A stretch of DNA of 64,000 nt, taken from positions 12,252-76,251 of the IMG/VR virus record IMGVR_UViG_3300046660_000513. One strand, written 5' to 3'. The notes beneath the pieces were generated by a model. That model had not been told where the DNA came from and did no database searches. It saw only the letters and a program-made list of their open reading frames with translations. The translations under genes were made by a program, and so were the position numbers. The DNA is from a virus. Each line of letters starts with the position of its first letter. Position 1 is the stretch's first letter. This document shows, piece by piece, positions 29,996 to 39,364 of the stretch.

Positions 29996-30292
29996 ATGAC
30001 TGTCAAGCTGCTGGCGATCGACCCCTACGACTGCGGGTGCAACGAGTGCATGACCGGCGAGTACAAGCCTCTGATGAGTGCGACGGATGACGACATCGCG
30101 GATCTGCTGGCGGGGCGTCTGCGGGACAACACCTATGGCGGGTCGCTGGACGTCTCGGTGAACTACCGGACCAGCAAGGGCAGCCACTCCCGGATGACGC
30201 TGGAAATCGACAGCGTCACGGTGACGTACACGGACTACGACGGCTCCGAGAGGACGTGGAGCCCCGACCCGTACCGCGCGGGTCTGGCGTAG
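29996..30292 (+). CDS. hypothetical protein (CGC.EC.TGEY.PL)
   Basis: GAGGAG RBS, motif at 29950. Confidence 0.7.
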   Translation: MTVKLLAIDPYDCGCNECMTGEYKPLMSATDDDIADLLAGRLRDNTYGGSLDVSVNYRTSKGSHSRMTLEIDSVTVTYTDYDGSERTWSPDPYRAGLA

Positions 30293-30379
30293 TAGTTCGG
30301 TAAGGGGGCGGGTTGTGTACTCGCTTCCCTTGCTGTTAGGGTAGATATAACGCAGGACACCGAAACCGAGGAGACCGCG

Positions 30380-30619
30380 ATGGACGCCACCGAGATGTTC
30401 GCCTTCCAGTACCGCGAGGAAAACGGCTACCTGCCGGACGAGGTCTACATTCCCACCGACGAAGACGACTTCTCGGACCCCGACCAGCGCGAGATCATCA
30501 CCATGGTCATGGAGCAGTACCGCCTGACCAACGAGGCCCGCCGTGCCGATCGCGACCGGCAGCGCATCGCGTCCCTTGAGCAGCTCCTCACCGACCACGG
30601 AATCGAGATTCCCGAATGA
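30380..30619 (+). CDS. hypothetical protein
   Basis: GAGGAG RBS, motif at 30335. Confidence 0.7.
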   Translation: MDATEMFAFQYREENGYLPDEVYIPTDEDDFSDPDQREIITMVMEQYRLTNEARRADRDRQRIASLEQLLTDHGIEIPE

Positions 30620-30864
30620 GCACCCTGGAGTTCCGAGACACCCAGCGCGCGGACGAAATCAGCCTCCGCGACTACATCCAAATCCGGGACGATCACGGCG
30701 AGTGGATCCAAGGCAAGGTCACCGAACTCGCCCTGCATGGCGAGACGTACGAAACCATTCTCATCACGCTCCTGGTGACAGATCCTCCGCGTCTCGTCCG
30801 GATCCGCCGTTTGCCCGGCGACTCCATCAGCTACTCCCTCTACGGCCCCGAGGACACCCTGTGA
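30616..30864 (+). CDS. hypothetical protein
   Basis: ATGA overlap. Confidence 0.6.
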   Translation: MSTLEFRDTQRADEISLRDYIQIRDDHGEWIQGKVTELALHGETYETILITLLVTDPPRLVRIRRLPGDSISYSLYGPEDTL

Positions 30865-31394
30865 CTGATCAGCCGTCCCGTTTCCACGCCTCCCCCGCCC
30901 AGATCGACGCGTTCCTCCGTCAGAATTTTGCCGAGGACGTTCTCCTGAACTTCTACCGCGCCGCCGGGGATGAGGTGCTGGACGAAGTACGGACCAGCGC
31001 CCAGACGTTCAAGAGTCTCAAGGCGCAAGGGCAGGCCAAGCACGCGTACCTGGCGGCGATCGACGACACCATGGACTACGTCTGGGATGACCGGTACTTC
31101 CCGGCCAAGCTACCGAACCTGGCCACCTACGACCGGCCGTTCAACCTGCCCCGGACCGTGCAGGACTGGGGTCGCGAGTTCCTTCCTTGCACAAAGTGCG
31201 GTGGTCCTCCTGAGGACCACATCGGATGGGACCGGCGTCACCTGTACACCACGGCCTCCCCGGACCCCGCCCCGACGGCAGACGTACCCTCTCCCTGCTA
31301 CCGCAAGAAGGTGCACGAGCCTCACAAGTGGCTGAAGGGCCGTCGCGCGGTCCAGTGCCCCGGACATCCGATTGAGGAGAACCCTGATGTCTGA
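30861..31394 (+). CDS. hypothetical protein
   Basis: GTGA overlap with upstream stop. Confidence 0.6.
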   Translation: MTDQPSRFHASPAQIDAFLRQNFAEDVLLNFYRAAGDEVLDEVRTSAQTFKSLKAQGQAKHAYLAAIDDTMDYVWDDRYFPAKLPNLATYDRPFNLPRTVQDWGREFLPCTKCGGPPEDHIGWDRRHLYTTASPDPAPTADVPSPCYRKKVHEPHKWLKGRRAVQCPGHPIEENPDV

Positions 31395-31746
31395 GCCCAC
31401 CGCCGCACAGCAGCTAATCGAGTACATCGACAGCGCTCACCTGGACCCCGAGTACGTGGAAACCCTGATCGACAAGATCGCCTCAAAGGCCATTGAGGGG
31501 GCCCGGGACCGCATGGTGAAGTCCGTGTGGAAGCAGATGTGGCCGAACGCGCAGAAGGACCGCCAGGGCCTCAGCCAGGCCTATGTTGGTGGCTGGGACG
31601 ACGCGACAGCGACCGCCGTGGACAACATCAAGAACGCCTGGCTTCACACCTGCGGCGAGTGCGAGCAGCCCATCGGCTACACCGGATCCCGGTGGGCGCA
31701 CGAAACCCACCCTGACGACAACCACGACGCCCGCCCCGTCCGATAG
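31387..31746 (+). CDS. hypothetical protein
   Basis: GAGGAG RBS. Confidence 0.65.
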   Translation: MSEPTAAQQLIEYIDSAHLDPEYVETLIDKIASKAIEGARDRMVKSVWKQMWPNAQKDRQGLSQAYVGGWDDATATAVDNIKNAWLHTCGECEQPIGYTGSRWAHETHPDDNHDARPVR

Positions 31747-32076
31747 GAATGCGGCTGTGTGCGGAAAGCAGTAAGCAAGCTAGACTGGTACCACCCACCC
31801 GTCCTCTTTCCGAGGGCGGGTTTTTTCTTGCCCAGAGGAGAACCACTGTGACTATGGAAGAAGCAATGCGCAGGGTCACCGGTGTCATCCTCCACCCTGT
31901 CTTCGAAAAAGCCCGCCCCGATATCGTCGTAGCGCCCGGCCCTAACCGCACGGTCTCCGTGAACGGCCCGAGAGACCACCTGGACGGCATTTCACGGGCC
32001 CTAACCCGCACCGGCTTAGAGATAGTCCGTCCCGCCCCTGCGACACTCGTAGTCGTATTCTGAAGGCTTCGGAAAG

Positions 32077-32643
32077 ATGCCTTCCACTGTCCCGCCTCCC
32101 GCCCACGAACAGAAAATTCTGCTACGCGCCCGGGAGGTCGCTTTGATCGTCAATACACCGCAGCCGGGGGATATCGGCTTAACGTCCATTACCGGATTCG
32201 TCGGCGGACTCATACGGGTGGGTCAGTTATGTAACGGCGACGGATGGTCCCATTACGAGCACGCATTCATCGTCCTGGAAGACGGAATGCTGATCGAAGC
32301 CATGCCCGGCGGAGCGCAGATCGTTTCCCTGAACGAATACGACGACCGCGACGTCCTTTACGTGCGCCCCGCCGGTCTCACCGACGCCGACCGGAAGCGG
32401 GTATGCGAGGTGGCCCGGAAGTTCGAAGGCGTCGAATACTCATTCGTCGACTATGCGGCTATCGCGGCTCATCGGTTGCATCTCCCGATTCCCGGACTGC
32501 GGGATTTCGTGGCCGATACGGGTCATATGATTTGCTCGCAGTTGGTCGACCGCGCTTACGCCCAGGCTGGAATCAAGCTGTTCTCAGACTCGCGTTGGGA
32601 CGGCTGGGTGACCCCCGGCGCGCTGTACAAGCGCCTCGCCTGA
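32077..32643 (+). CDS. permuted papain-like (YiiX/NlpC-P60-like) enzyme
   Basis: PGDI, H..HAFI, IEA, Y, ICSQLV..AY with His before Cys. Confidence 0.75.
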   Translation: MPSTVPPPAHEQKILLRAREVALIVNTPQPGDIGLTSITGFVGGLIRVGQLCNGDGWSHYEHAFIVLEDGMLIEAMPGGAQIVSLNEYDDRDVLYVRPAGLTDADRKRVCEVARKFEGVEYSFVDYAAIAAHRLHLPIPGLRDFVADTGHMICSQLVDRAYAQAGIKLFSDSRWDGWVTPGALYKRLA

Positions 32644-32766
32644 CGGCAGTACGCTGACACGACGAAGCCCGCTCCTCGTTCCAGGGGGAGCGGGCTTCGT
32701 CGGTTCGGAACGGGTTCGGAACTGGTTCGGAACTGGGGCACCGTTCAGGTTCGGGCGTCCCGCTGT

Positions 32767-33984
32767 TCAGGTTCCCGTTCCGGTGCTCGGTTCCAGTTCC
32801 AGATCGAAGAGGTCTGACGCGTTCGGAACGCGGGCCTTGTTCCGGTTCCACTCGGCCTTGGCCTCCTTGAGCCGGTGGTGCGCGGTGGTCCGGGGGATCT
32901 CCGGGTGGTGGGTCTTGATCACCTTGAGGTCCACGCCGTCGATTCCGAACTGTTCCAGAAGTTCCATCACCTGCCTGACCTGCGCTTTCTTCTTGGTCGC
33001 CCGATCCGTGATGTTCGCGGTTCCAGTTCGCGGTTCCGGTTCAGGTTGTTCCGGTTCAGGTTCCGGTTCCAGTTCAGACGGCAGTTCAGGTTCCGGTTCA
33101 GGTTCGACCCGTTCCGGTTCAGGTTCGAAGTTCCAGTTCCGATTCAACAGTTCCAGTTCCCGTTCCAGTTCCATCGGGATCCCTACGGGTTCCTCCAGGT
33201 ACGGTTCCGGTTCAAGTTCAAGTTCCGGTTCGGGATCCGGCACTATGTCCGCCCCCGCCACCTGTTCCAGTTCCAACGCTTCCTGAACGGGGCCAGGCGC
33301 CGCCATCAGTTCCGGAACACCTGCCGGTGCCGTCTCTCCCATCCGCAGCCGCACCCGCTGGACCATCGTTGTCTTCCGGCGCCATCCTCGCCCGTGCTTG
33401 TCCTTCAGTTCCGCCCTGGCCATGAGCCGCTGGCTTTCCAGCCGCAGCCCTGTCCGGTAGGAGGTGACCTCCCACAGGACCATCCGCCTCCACAGGCGGG
33501 CCGTGGAGAACGGGTCCAGGATCCACCGGGACTTTCTCACTCGTTCCATGCGGCGCCCGGTAACGGCTCCGATGAGTGCCCGGTATACGTGTGCGGCAAT
33601 TTCTGAACAGACCACCCACAGCAGTGGGAGGGATCCGTGTCCAATCTGCGGTGCGAGACCGTCCCGGGCGGCGGAAATGTTCAGGTATACGGTCACCGCT
33701 GTGAGGGCCCACGGAACAGCCCGGACCCATCCGAGCGGCATATCGGCTCGAATCAGCAGGAGGTGGGCGAGGGAGAATACGGGGATGGCTATGTCAACGG
33801 CTACGGGGAGAATCCAGAAGGGATGAAATCCCCATTCCTGTGCTTGTTGTCCGACCGTATCGAAGGATGCGAGGAGGCCGAGTGTGCCGACGCCGAAAGC
33901 GCCAATGATCACCGTTACCAGTAGCTTGCGTTCGAAGGGCAACAAGTCGGGGATCTTGTTGTCGGGGGGCGGATCTGACGTCAT
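32767..33984 (-). CDS. DUF2637 (Spd-like) membrane protein with EP-repeat linker and C-terminal HTH-like region
   Basis: Four TM segments (SF.....A...P.AVD), P..TARLWRRM.LWE, PEPE repeats. Confidence 0.75.
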   Translation of the reverse strand: MTSDPPPDNKIPDLLPFERKLLVTVIIGAFGVGTLGLLASFDTVGQQAQEWGFHPFWILPVAVDIAIPVFSLAHLLLIRADMPLGWVRAVPWALTAVTVYLNISAARDGLAPQIGHGSLPLLWVVCSEIAAHVYRALIGAVTGRRMERVRKSRWILDPFSTARLWRRMVLWEVTSYRTGLRLESQRLMARAELKDKHGRGWRRKTTMVQRVRLRMGETAPAGVPELMAAPGPVQEALELEQVAGADIVPDPEPELELEPEPYLEEPVGIPMELERELELLNRNWNFEPEPERVEPEPEPELPSELEPEPEPEQPEPEPRTGTANITDRATKKKAQVRQVMELLEQFGIDGVDLKVIKTHHPEIPRTTAHHRLKEAKAEWNRNKARVPNASDLFDLELEPSTGTGT

Positions 33985-34094
33985 TTCGCATATCCTTTCG
34001 GGTAGATCAAGTGGTGGTAGTCTAGCACTTTTATGCAGGTCAGAGACGGCTATAGCCGCCCACTGCTGGACGGCTATAGACCCTGATTCACCAG

Positions 34095-34778
34095 TCAGGA
34101 ACGGTGCTTTTTCCGAGGAAGATCAGGAAGCCACCAGTCCAGTACCGCATCAAGGAAATCCGACCGGGACGGGAACTCATACCCCTTCCAGAGGGTGTCA
34201 ATGACAGCCAGCTCCTGCCGGGAGGGCCGGAAAGGCTGCTGTGCCGTCTGTTTGATCCTCCCGCGCGCAGACCGACGGCCCTCCACCTCCCCGAACAGAC
34301 TGCCTGAATCGTCTTCATCGGGCTGGAGCCGCGCGAGGGCCCTTTCCCGGATTTTGAAGAAGGCCCCGGCGTTGTTCGCGGCATTCACAGCCCGGCGGAC
34401 CACCACAGCGTTAGTGGGGGTCCGGCCCGTCTCCTGACTCTTGGCCGCCTGATACGCGTCAAACCGTTCCTGTACGTCCAAGGAGATGTTGACCGCGCAC
34501 TGCATGGTCAGTTTTCCCGTCGTCCCGAGGTCCGGGAACGGGAGGGTGATCGGGTCCGGCTGTCGGGCGCTCTCCGCCGGGACGGGTTGCGCGGGTACCA
34601 GAACGGCTTCAGGCGTCTCCGGATCGGGTACGACAGCCGGTTCCTCAGGGACGACCGGCGGAGGCGCTACAGGGGTCTCTGGAGGCTGTGCAACGCGGGG
34701 TTTCTCCCGCTGGGGCCGACGGGCGAAAGCTGCCGCCAGATCCGGATCATCCGGGAGCCCGCCAATTCGGTCGGTCAT
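34095..34778 (-). CDS. putative partition adaptor / centromere-binding protein
   Basis: Translationally coupled downstream of ParA; Pro-rich N-terminus, RHH-like C-terminus. Confidence 0.55.
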   Translation of the reverse strand: MTDRIGGLPDDPDLAAAFARRPQREKPRVAQPPETPVAPPPVVPEEPAVVPDPETPEAVLVPAQPVPAESARQPDPITLPFPDLGTTGKLTMQCAVNISLDVQERFDAYQAAKSQETGRTPTNAVVVRRAVNAANNAGAFFKIRERALARLQPDEDDSGSLFGEVEGRRSARGRIKQTAQQPFRPSRQELAVIDTLWKGYEFPSRSDFLDAVLDWWLPDLPRKKHRS

Positions 34779-35746
34779 GCCGCGTCCGCCTCATCGTCCA
34801 GGGCGAACCACGTCTGCACGACTTCCATCGCAAGTGACTGGTAGTCCCCGGCGAGCGCCCGGATCGACGGCAGCAGCTTGGGGTCCACATCCTTGGAGTT
34901 CCTCAGCTCCTGCGGCACCTTGCCCAGCTCACGGCACTTCACGGCCGCAGCCTCTACATGGCGGATGGCCTGATCGAACACTGGAGCGGTGCCCTGGAGA
35001 TCCCGTTCCAACTGCTCCTTGATGTTCTTCTGCACCTTGGTAGCCGACGTGTTCGTGGAGAACAGGACGACACCCAGCAGCCGCAGAAGCGGGTTCAAAT
35101 CCAGTGCGGTGACGAACCGTCGGGCCACGACCCGGAGCCCCTTACGGGACGAAGGATCCGACTTGGAGGGGATGAGAACCATGTCCCCGGACGTGAGCGC
35201 CTGTAGCTGGAGAACGTCCGAGCCGGGTGCCACGTCGAGGATGATGCAGTCGAACTCCTCGCGCAGCGGGTCGATCGCAGCCGCGTACATGCCCATCCAC
35301 GCGGTGCGGTCCTCGGACTCGCCCTGGGCTCCGGCGATACGCCGCTGTACGTACAGCTCTTCAACCACGTTCTCCAGTTCGGTGCCACCCGGGACGACGT
35401 ACAGGTTCGGGCGTGCGGTGCCGGTGGGGACCAGGGGCTTGCCCTCCAGGATGGCGGCAGCTTGAGCGGCGCCGTTGTCGTCGAGGGCTGATTTGGTGAT
35501 GCCGAGGTCTTCGCAGTTGTTGCCCTGTTCGTCCATCTCGATGAGCAGGGTCTTTTTGCCGATGGCGGCGAGGGCTACAGCGAGAGCGGCGGCTGTGGAT
35601 GATTTGCCGACGCCTCCCTTGCCGTTGACGATGACGATGATCTTGCGGAGCAGGTCGCCGTTTTCGATGAGCTGGAGTCGGCGGCGGAGCGCCTTCTTCA
35701 CCGTGTCGAGCTGGACCAGCGTGATGCTGGCTTGGATGGTTGGCAT
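34775..35746 (-). CDS. parA: ParA-family partition ATPase
   Basis: KGGVGKSS deviant Walker A, D.QGN, IILDVAP. Confidence 0.92.
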   Translation of the reverse strand: MPTIQASITLVQLDTVKKALRRRLQLIENGDLLRKIIVIVNGKGGVGKSSTAAALAVALAAIGKKTLLIEMDEQGNNCEDLGITKSALDDNGAAQAAAILEGKPLVPTGTARPNLYVVPGGTELENVVEELYVQRRIAGAQGESEDRTAWMGMYAAAIDPLREEFDCIILDVAPGSDVLQLQALTSGDMVLIPSKSDPSSRKGLRVVARRFVTALDLNPLLRLLGVVLFSTNTSATKVQKNIKEQLERDLQGTAPVFDQAIRHVEAAAVKCRELGKVPQELRNSKDVDPKLLPSIRALAGDYQSLAMEVVQTWFALDDEADAA

Positions 35747-35974
35747 GGGGATGACTTCCTGTGACGGGTTGGGGTCGGGCCAGTCCCAGAGGCTACACAG
35801 GATGAGGGGAGATACAACGGTGACGGGTCGTTATGTACTCGTATGGGAGATCCCACGCACAAAAAAGGCCCGGCACGGGGCCGGGCCTTCGGTGTTCGGT
35901 ACGGGGTCGGCGCTTAGCACGCTAGTGGACACAGCCATTAGCACGGGTATTAGCAGTCTGGCGGGTGTCTACGC

Positions 35975-36622
35975 CTACGGCTTGAGGGGCTCCCAGCAGC
36001 CGCAACCAGTACGACAGTGGGTGTGCTGGCGAGTATTCGGGTCCCAGTGACTGGCGAGGACGTGCCCGCACCCGCGACGCTCACAAACCGGTGGATCGTC
36101 TACCGGGTAAAGGTTTTTGTTGTGCTCGACGTGCTTCGGATCCCGGTCGTCCCCGTATTCCTCCATAAGCCGCTGCCGGGTGACAACCTGTATTCCCAGG
36201 GAGTCAAGTAGAACGGCGCATTGCATACAGGGTTCATCCGTACAGAAAGATGTGGCCCCCCGCAGGGCCGCCTTCCCCACTGCCTCGATGGCCTGAAGGA
36301 CGGCGTTGTGTTCTGCGTGTATCCCGCTACACCTCCAGCCCGGCTGGTTGTAGTCCCCGCCGGGCGGGACCTCTTCCTTCGTGCGTAGACCGCGCTCACA
36401 GCCCTTTTCCTCGAAGGAGCAGTGGGGCTTTCCGGGGCCGGTGCCGTTGTAGCCGGTACCGAGGATGCGGGGCGGGGTTCCTCCGACGATCACCGCGCCG
36501 ACGTGGCGCCGAACGCAGATGGCCATCTCGGCTTCGGCGTAGGCGTGCCCCAGGTTGATCCGGTCCCGGAGTTCCTTGCGCTGCCGCTTGTATTCCGGGC
36601 CGCGCTCGACAGGGGGTTCCAT
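35975..36622 (-). CDS. dCMP/cytidine deaminase-family protein
   Basis: C.RR.VGAVIV, TGYNG, HAE.NA, PCxxC. Confidence 0.88.
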   Translation of the reverse strand: MEPPVERGPEYKRQRKELRDRINLGHAYAEAEMAICVRRHVGAVIVGGTPPRILGTGYNGTGPGKPHCSFEEKGCERGLRTKEEVPPGGDYNQPGWRCSGIHAEHNAVLQAIEAVGKAALRGATSFCTDEPCMQCAVLLDSLGIQVVTRQRLMEEYGDDRDPKHVEHNKNLYPVDDPPVCERRGCGHVLASHWDPNTRQHTHCRTGCGCWEPLKP

Positions 36623-36684
36623 GGCTTTCTCCGTTTCACGAAGAGGGGCCGCACGGTTTCCCGTACAGCCCTCTCAGGGTTGTC

Positions 36685-37722
36685 TTACAGCCCCTCAGCG
36701 ATCTTGTGCAGTTCCTGCACGGGACCGGTCTCCAGCTGGTCCGTCCACTCGGTCGGCCACTCGACTCCGGCAGCGCCACGGATGTTGCCCGCGATCGCCG
36801 CGAGGGAGTCGCTGTCCCCGTTCGAGACGGCCGCCCGCTGGAGAACCTGAACCGGCTCGTCCCAGAGACCGACGGTGCACAGCATCGCCCCGGCAAGCGC
36901 CTCGGGAGCCGTCCAGCCCTCGCCCGTGATCTGGCAGGGGTCGGAGTCTCCGGCCCATCCGTGGTTCAGGGCGTCCCTCGCGGACAGCAGGTAGCCCTTG
37001 CACAGCTCGTATCCGGCCCGCAGGTATGCCTTGCTGGAGCCGTACTCGGACTGCCCCCACAGATCCCCGAGAACGCGGGTGGGGTAGGTGCCCGGTGCCC
37101 GGCAGATCTCGATCAACAGGTCCAGGATCTCCCGGCCTTCCATGCCATCGTAGGCGCCGAGGATTGCAGCCACCGTGAGCGCGGCCGAGGCCAGTGCTGC
37201 CGGGTGAGCGTGCGTGATGGCAGCCGACAGGTAGGCCAGGTGGATGGGGGACTCGTACAGGTCGTTGGACAGTGCGATCGGTGCGACGCGCATGTTGGCG
37301 CCGCATCCCATGGTGTTGATGTCCGTGGCGTCCTGCCAGGTGTAGCCGTCGCGCAGCATGTCGCAGGCACGCATGCAGGCGTTGCCGGGCGCCCGGTGGT
37401 TGTCAGGGTGCTGCGACCAGTAGACGTACTTACTGACCAGCTCGTCCGCGAAGCTCTCCGTGTACGTCCCGAGGTTGCTGGGTCGCATCTGAAGGAGGGC
37501 CCGGCCGGTGGCGATGGTCATCTGGGTGTCGTCGGAGATGAGTACCTTGCCGTCGGCGTCGCGGTAGCACTTGGCGTGGGGGGCGTTGTCAAAGTCGGCG
37601 GTCTGCCAGTTCCGGCCGGGAAGGAAGTTCAGGATGTCGCTGGTGCGGTTGAACTCGCGGCTGTAGCCGAGGGCGTCTCCGAGGGCGCCTCCGATAAGCG
37701 AGGAAAGGGCCTTGTCATTCAA
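36685..37722 (-). CDS. ADP-ribosylglycohydrolase (DraG/ARH family)
   Basis: GGALGDALG, SDDTQM, GCGA.MR..P, TH.HP, GDSDS; motif at 37755. Confidence 0.92.
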   Translation of the reverse strand: MNDKALSSLIGGALGDALGYSREFNRTSDILNFLPGRNWQTADFDNAPHAKCYRDADGKVLISDDTQMTIATGRALLQMRPSNLGTYTESFADELVSKYVYWSQHPDNHRAPGNACMRACDMLRDGYTWQDATDINTMGCGANMRVAPIALSNDLYESPIHLAYLSAAITHAHPAALASAALTVAAILGAYDGMEGREILDLLIEICRAPGTYPTRVLGDLWGQSEYGSSKAYLRAGYELCKGYLLSARDALNHGWAGDSDPCQITGEGWTAPEALAGAMLCTVGLWDEPVQVLQRAAVSNGDSDSLAAIAGNIRGAAGVEWPTEWTDQLETGPVQELHKIAEGL

Positions 37723-37795
37723 GGGTGCTCCTAGGGCGGGTGGCTGGGTTGATGTATCTACCCTAGCACACTTGTGAAATGATGCGCAAGCGTGG

Positions 37796-38011
37796 TCAGT
37801 CCGACTGCCGGGCAATCGCCGCGTTTGCCCACATCATGACGCCCTCCAGATGTGTCATCGCAAGCGCCTTCTCCCGCCCATCCGGCACGAGGAGGTTGAG
37901 CGCCACAGCAAGCGTCAGACATTGAGCCCTCACCTGCTCGTGCTGCTCCCTCCGGTCTTGCGTCGCCGTTGGGTGAAACGCGAACCTGTTCTCCAGCTCA
38001 ACGGGATCCAT
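37796..38011 (-). CDS. Tad1/Acb2-like small helical protein (putative immune-signal sponge)
   Basis: GREKALAMTHLEGVMMWANAAIA resembles the Tad1 helix RE.A.ALTH.EEA.MW.N. Confidence 0.6.
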   Translation of the reverse strand: MDPVELENRFAFHPTATQDRREQHEQVRAQCLTLAVALNLLVPDGREKALAMTHLEGVMMWANAAIARQSD

Positions 38012-38013
38012 GA

Positions 38014-38565
38014 TCAATTTCCTCTCTTCGCTTCCAGGTACATCAGGTACTCGTGCACCCGACGGTTCCACCGGGCGTCTTCCAGCGCGTTGTGCTCCCC
38101 AGCCAGCTGCCCCGGCAGCTTCGGATTCCCGAGGCGTACGGCCTCCTGCTTGAGGTCACCCGTGTACATCGGAACACCCTCCGGCAGGTCGATCATCCGG
38201 CCCCACAGCTGAGCCAGCGCTACATGGTCATACGCGCTGTACCAACCGAACAGCTGCGGAGAGGCGAACTGAGTGATGAACTTCCGGACGCCCTCCGCCA
38301 GATCCTTCTTGGACCCCAGGAACCCGCTGTCCGGGTGCTCCTCATCCCACTCCAGCCCCCACATGAACACCCCGTTCCACCGCTTCAGCGGGAGCGAAGG
38401 CACCACATGCTCAAGCAGCCAGTCGTGCTTAGCTATTCGGTGCAGCGGGGCCTCTCGGTTGATGCCATAGAAGTGATGCCCGCCCTCGGAAACCAGGCCG
38501 ATGCTGATCAGTTCGATGGTGGCCCCGTCCTCCAGGAACTCCGTGTCGATGTAGAGGCGTGTCAT
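38014..38565 (-). CDS. DEDDh 3'-5' exoribonuclease (RNase AS / Rv2179c-like)
   Basis: DTEF.EDG..I.LISIG, AYD.V.L.QLWG.M..LP, HNAL.DA. Confidence 0.85.
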   Translation of the reverse strand: MTRLYIDTEFLEDGATIELISIGLVSEGGHHFYGINREAPLHRIAKHDWLLEHVVPSLPLKRWNGVFMWGLEWDEEHPDSGFLGSKKDLAEGVRKFITQFASPQLFGWYSAYDHVALAQLWGRMIDLPEGVPMYTGDLKQEAVRLGNPKLPGQLAGEHNALEDARWNRRVHEYLMYLEAKRGN

Positions 38566-38745
38566 CAGATCCCCTCCAGATACGCGTCAAGGGCCTGCTC
38601 GCCTCCGCTGCGGAGAACGTGCAGACCCTGCTCTATGTCGGTCGGATAGGTGGCGGCGTACGCGGCGAACCAGACGTCATCGGCGGCCGGGCCCAGGTAC
38701 CAGAGTGCCGCCGTGAGAATGGCATCCCGGAGAGCTGTCCGGGTG

Positions 38746-39177
38746 TTATTCATCGGTCTTCTTGCGGGGTCCATAGCCGCCCGGCTTGCGTCGCAGCGCA
38801 TTTCGGGTCTCCCGCCAAGCCGCCTTGTGCTCCTGACAGGGGGAGCAAGGGCACTTGTACCGCATCCATCCGGTGGTCGTACCGTGCGTGAAACCGGTCA
38901 TCTCGTCACCGGTCTTGCGCTCATGGCACGGCTTGCAGAGCAGTTGGCACTTAGCCAGCTCCGCAAGAACATCACCGCGCTTCAACGACATGTTGTCGCT
39001 GATCTCCATGGTCTTTTGCGCACGGTCAATGTGATCCACCTGAAGACGTTCGGTAGCACCGCAGCGCACGCACTTACCGCCCAGGTGGTCATATATCGCC
39101 TGACGACGCTTGTGGTAGTAGTCCCGGTGGTACCCCTGCGGGTCCGCCAGGTAGCGGGGGAGGGGATTGGTAGTCAC
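38746..39177 (-). CDS. HNH endonuclease
   Basis: LGGKC..CG...L.VDHID...KCQLLC..CH..KT; starts 2 nt after the tRNA. Confidence 0.85.
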   Translation of the reverse strand: MTTNPLPRYLADPQGYHRDYYHKRRQAIYDHLGGKCVRCGATERLQVDHIDRAQKTMEISDNMSLKRGDVLAELAKCQLLCKPCHERKTGDEMTGFTHGTTTGWMRYKCPCSPCQEHKAAWRETRNALRRKPGGYGPRKKTDE

Positions 39178-39178
39178 G

Positions 39179-39253
39179 TGCCGCCGGTGGGATTCGAACC
39201 CACACTGACCGGGACTTGAATCCGGTGCCTTCTGCCAATTGGGCTACGGCGGC
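39179..39253 (-). tRNA. tRNA-Leu(CAA), short variable arm
   Basis: GCCGCCG/CGGCGGC acceptor, loop TT-CAA-GT, GTGGG-TTCGAAT-CCCAC T-arm, discriminator A. Confidence 0.88.
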
Positions 39254-39364
39254 TGGTCCTGCAACAAACGTTGTGAGGTGGTGATTATGCCGGTCAGAGT
39301 ACGGCTGAGGGGGACCGCCGTCAACAGTCCCCCTCTAGCACCCGAACCCGAGAAGATCCTAGCA

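Noticed and set aside
39179-39253. Reading the tRNA as TCA (opal suppressor / Sec)
   Set aside because: Stem register puts TT-CAA-GT in the 7-nt loop; the TCA register breaks the anticodon stem and there is no long Sec variable arm.
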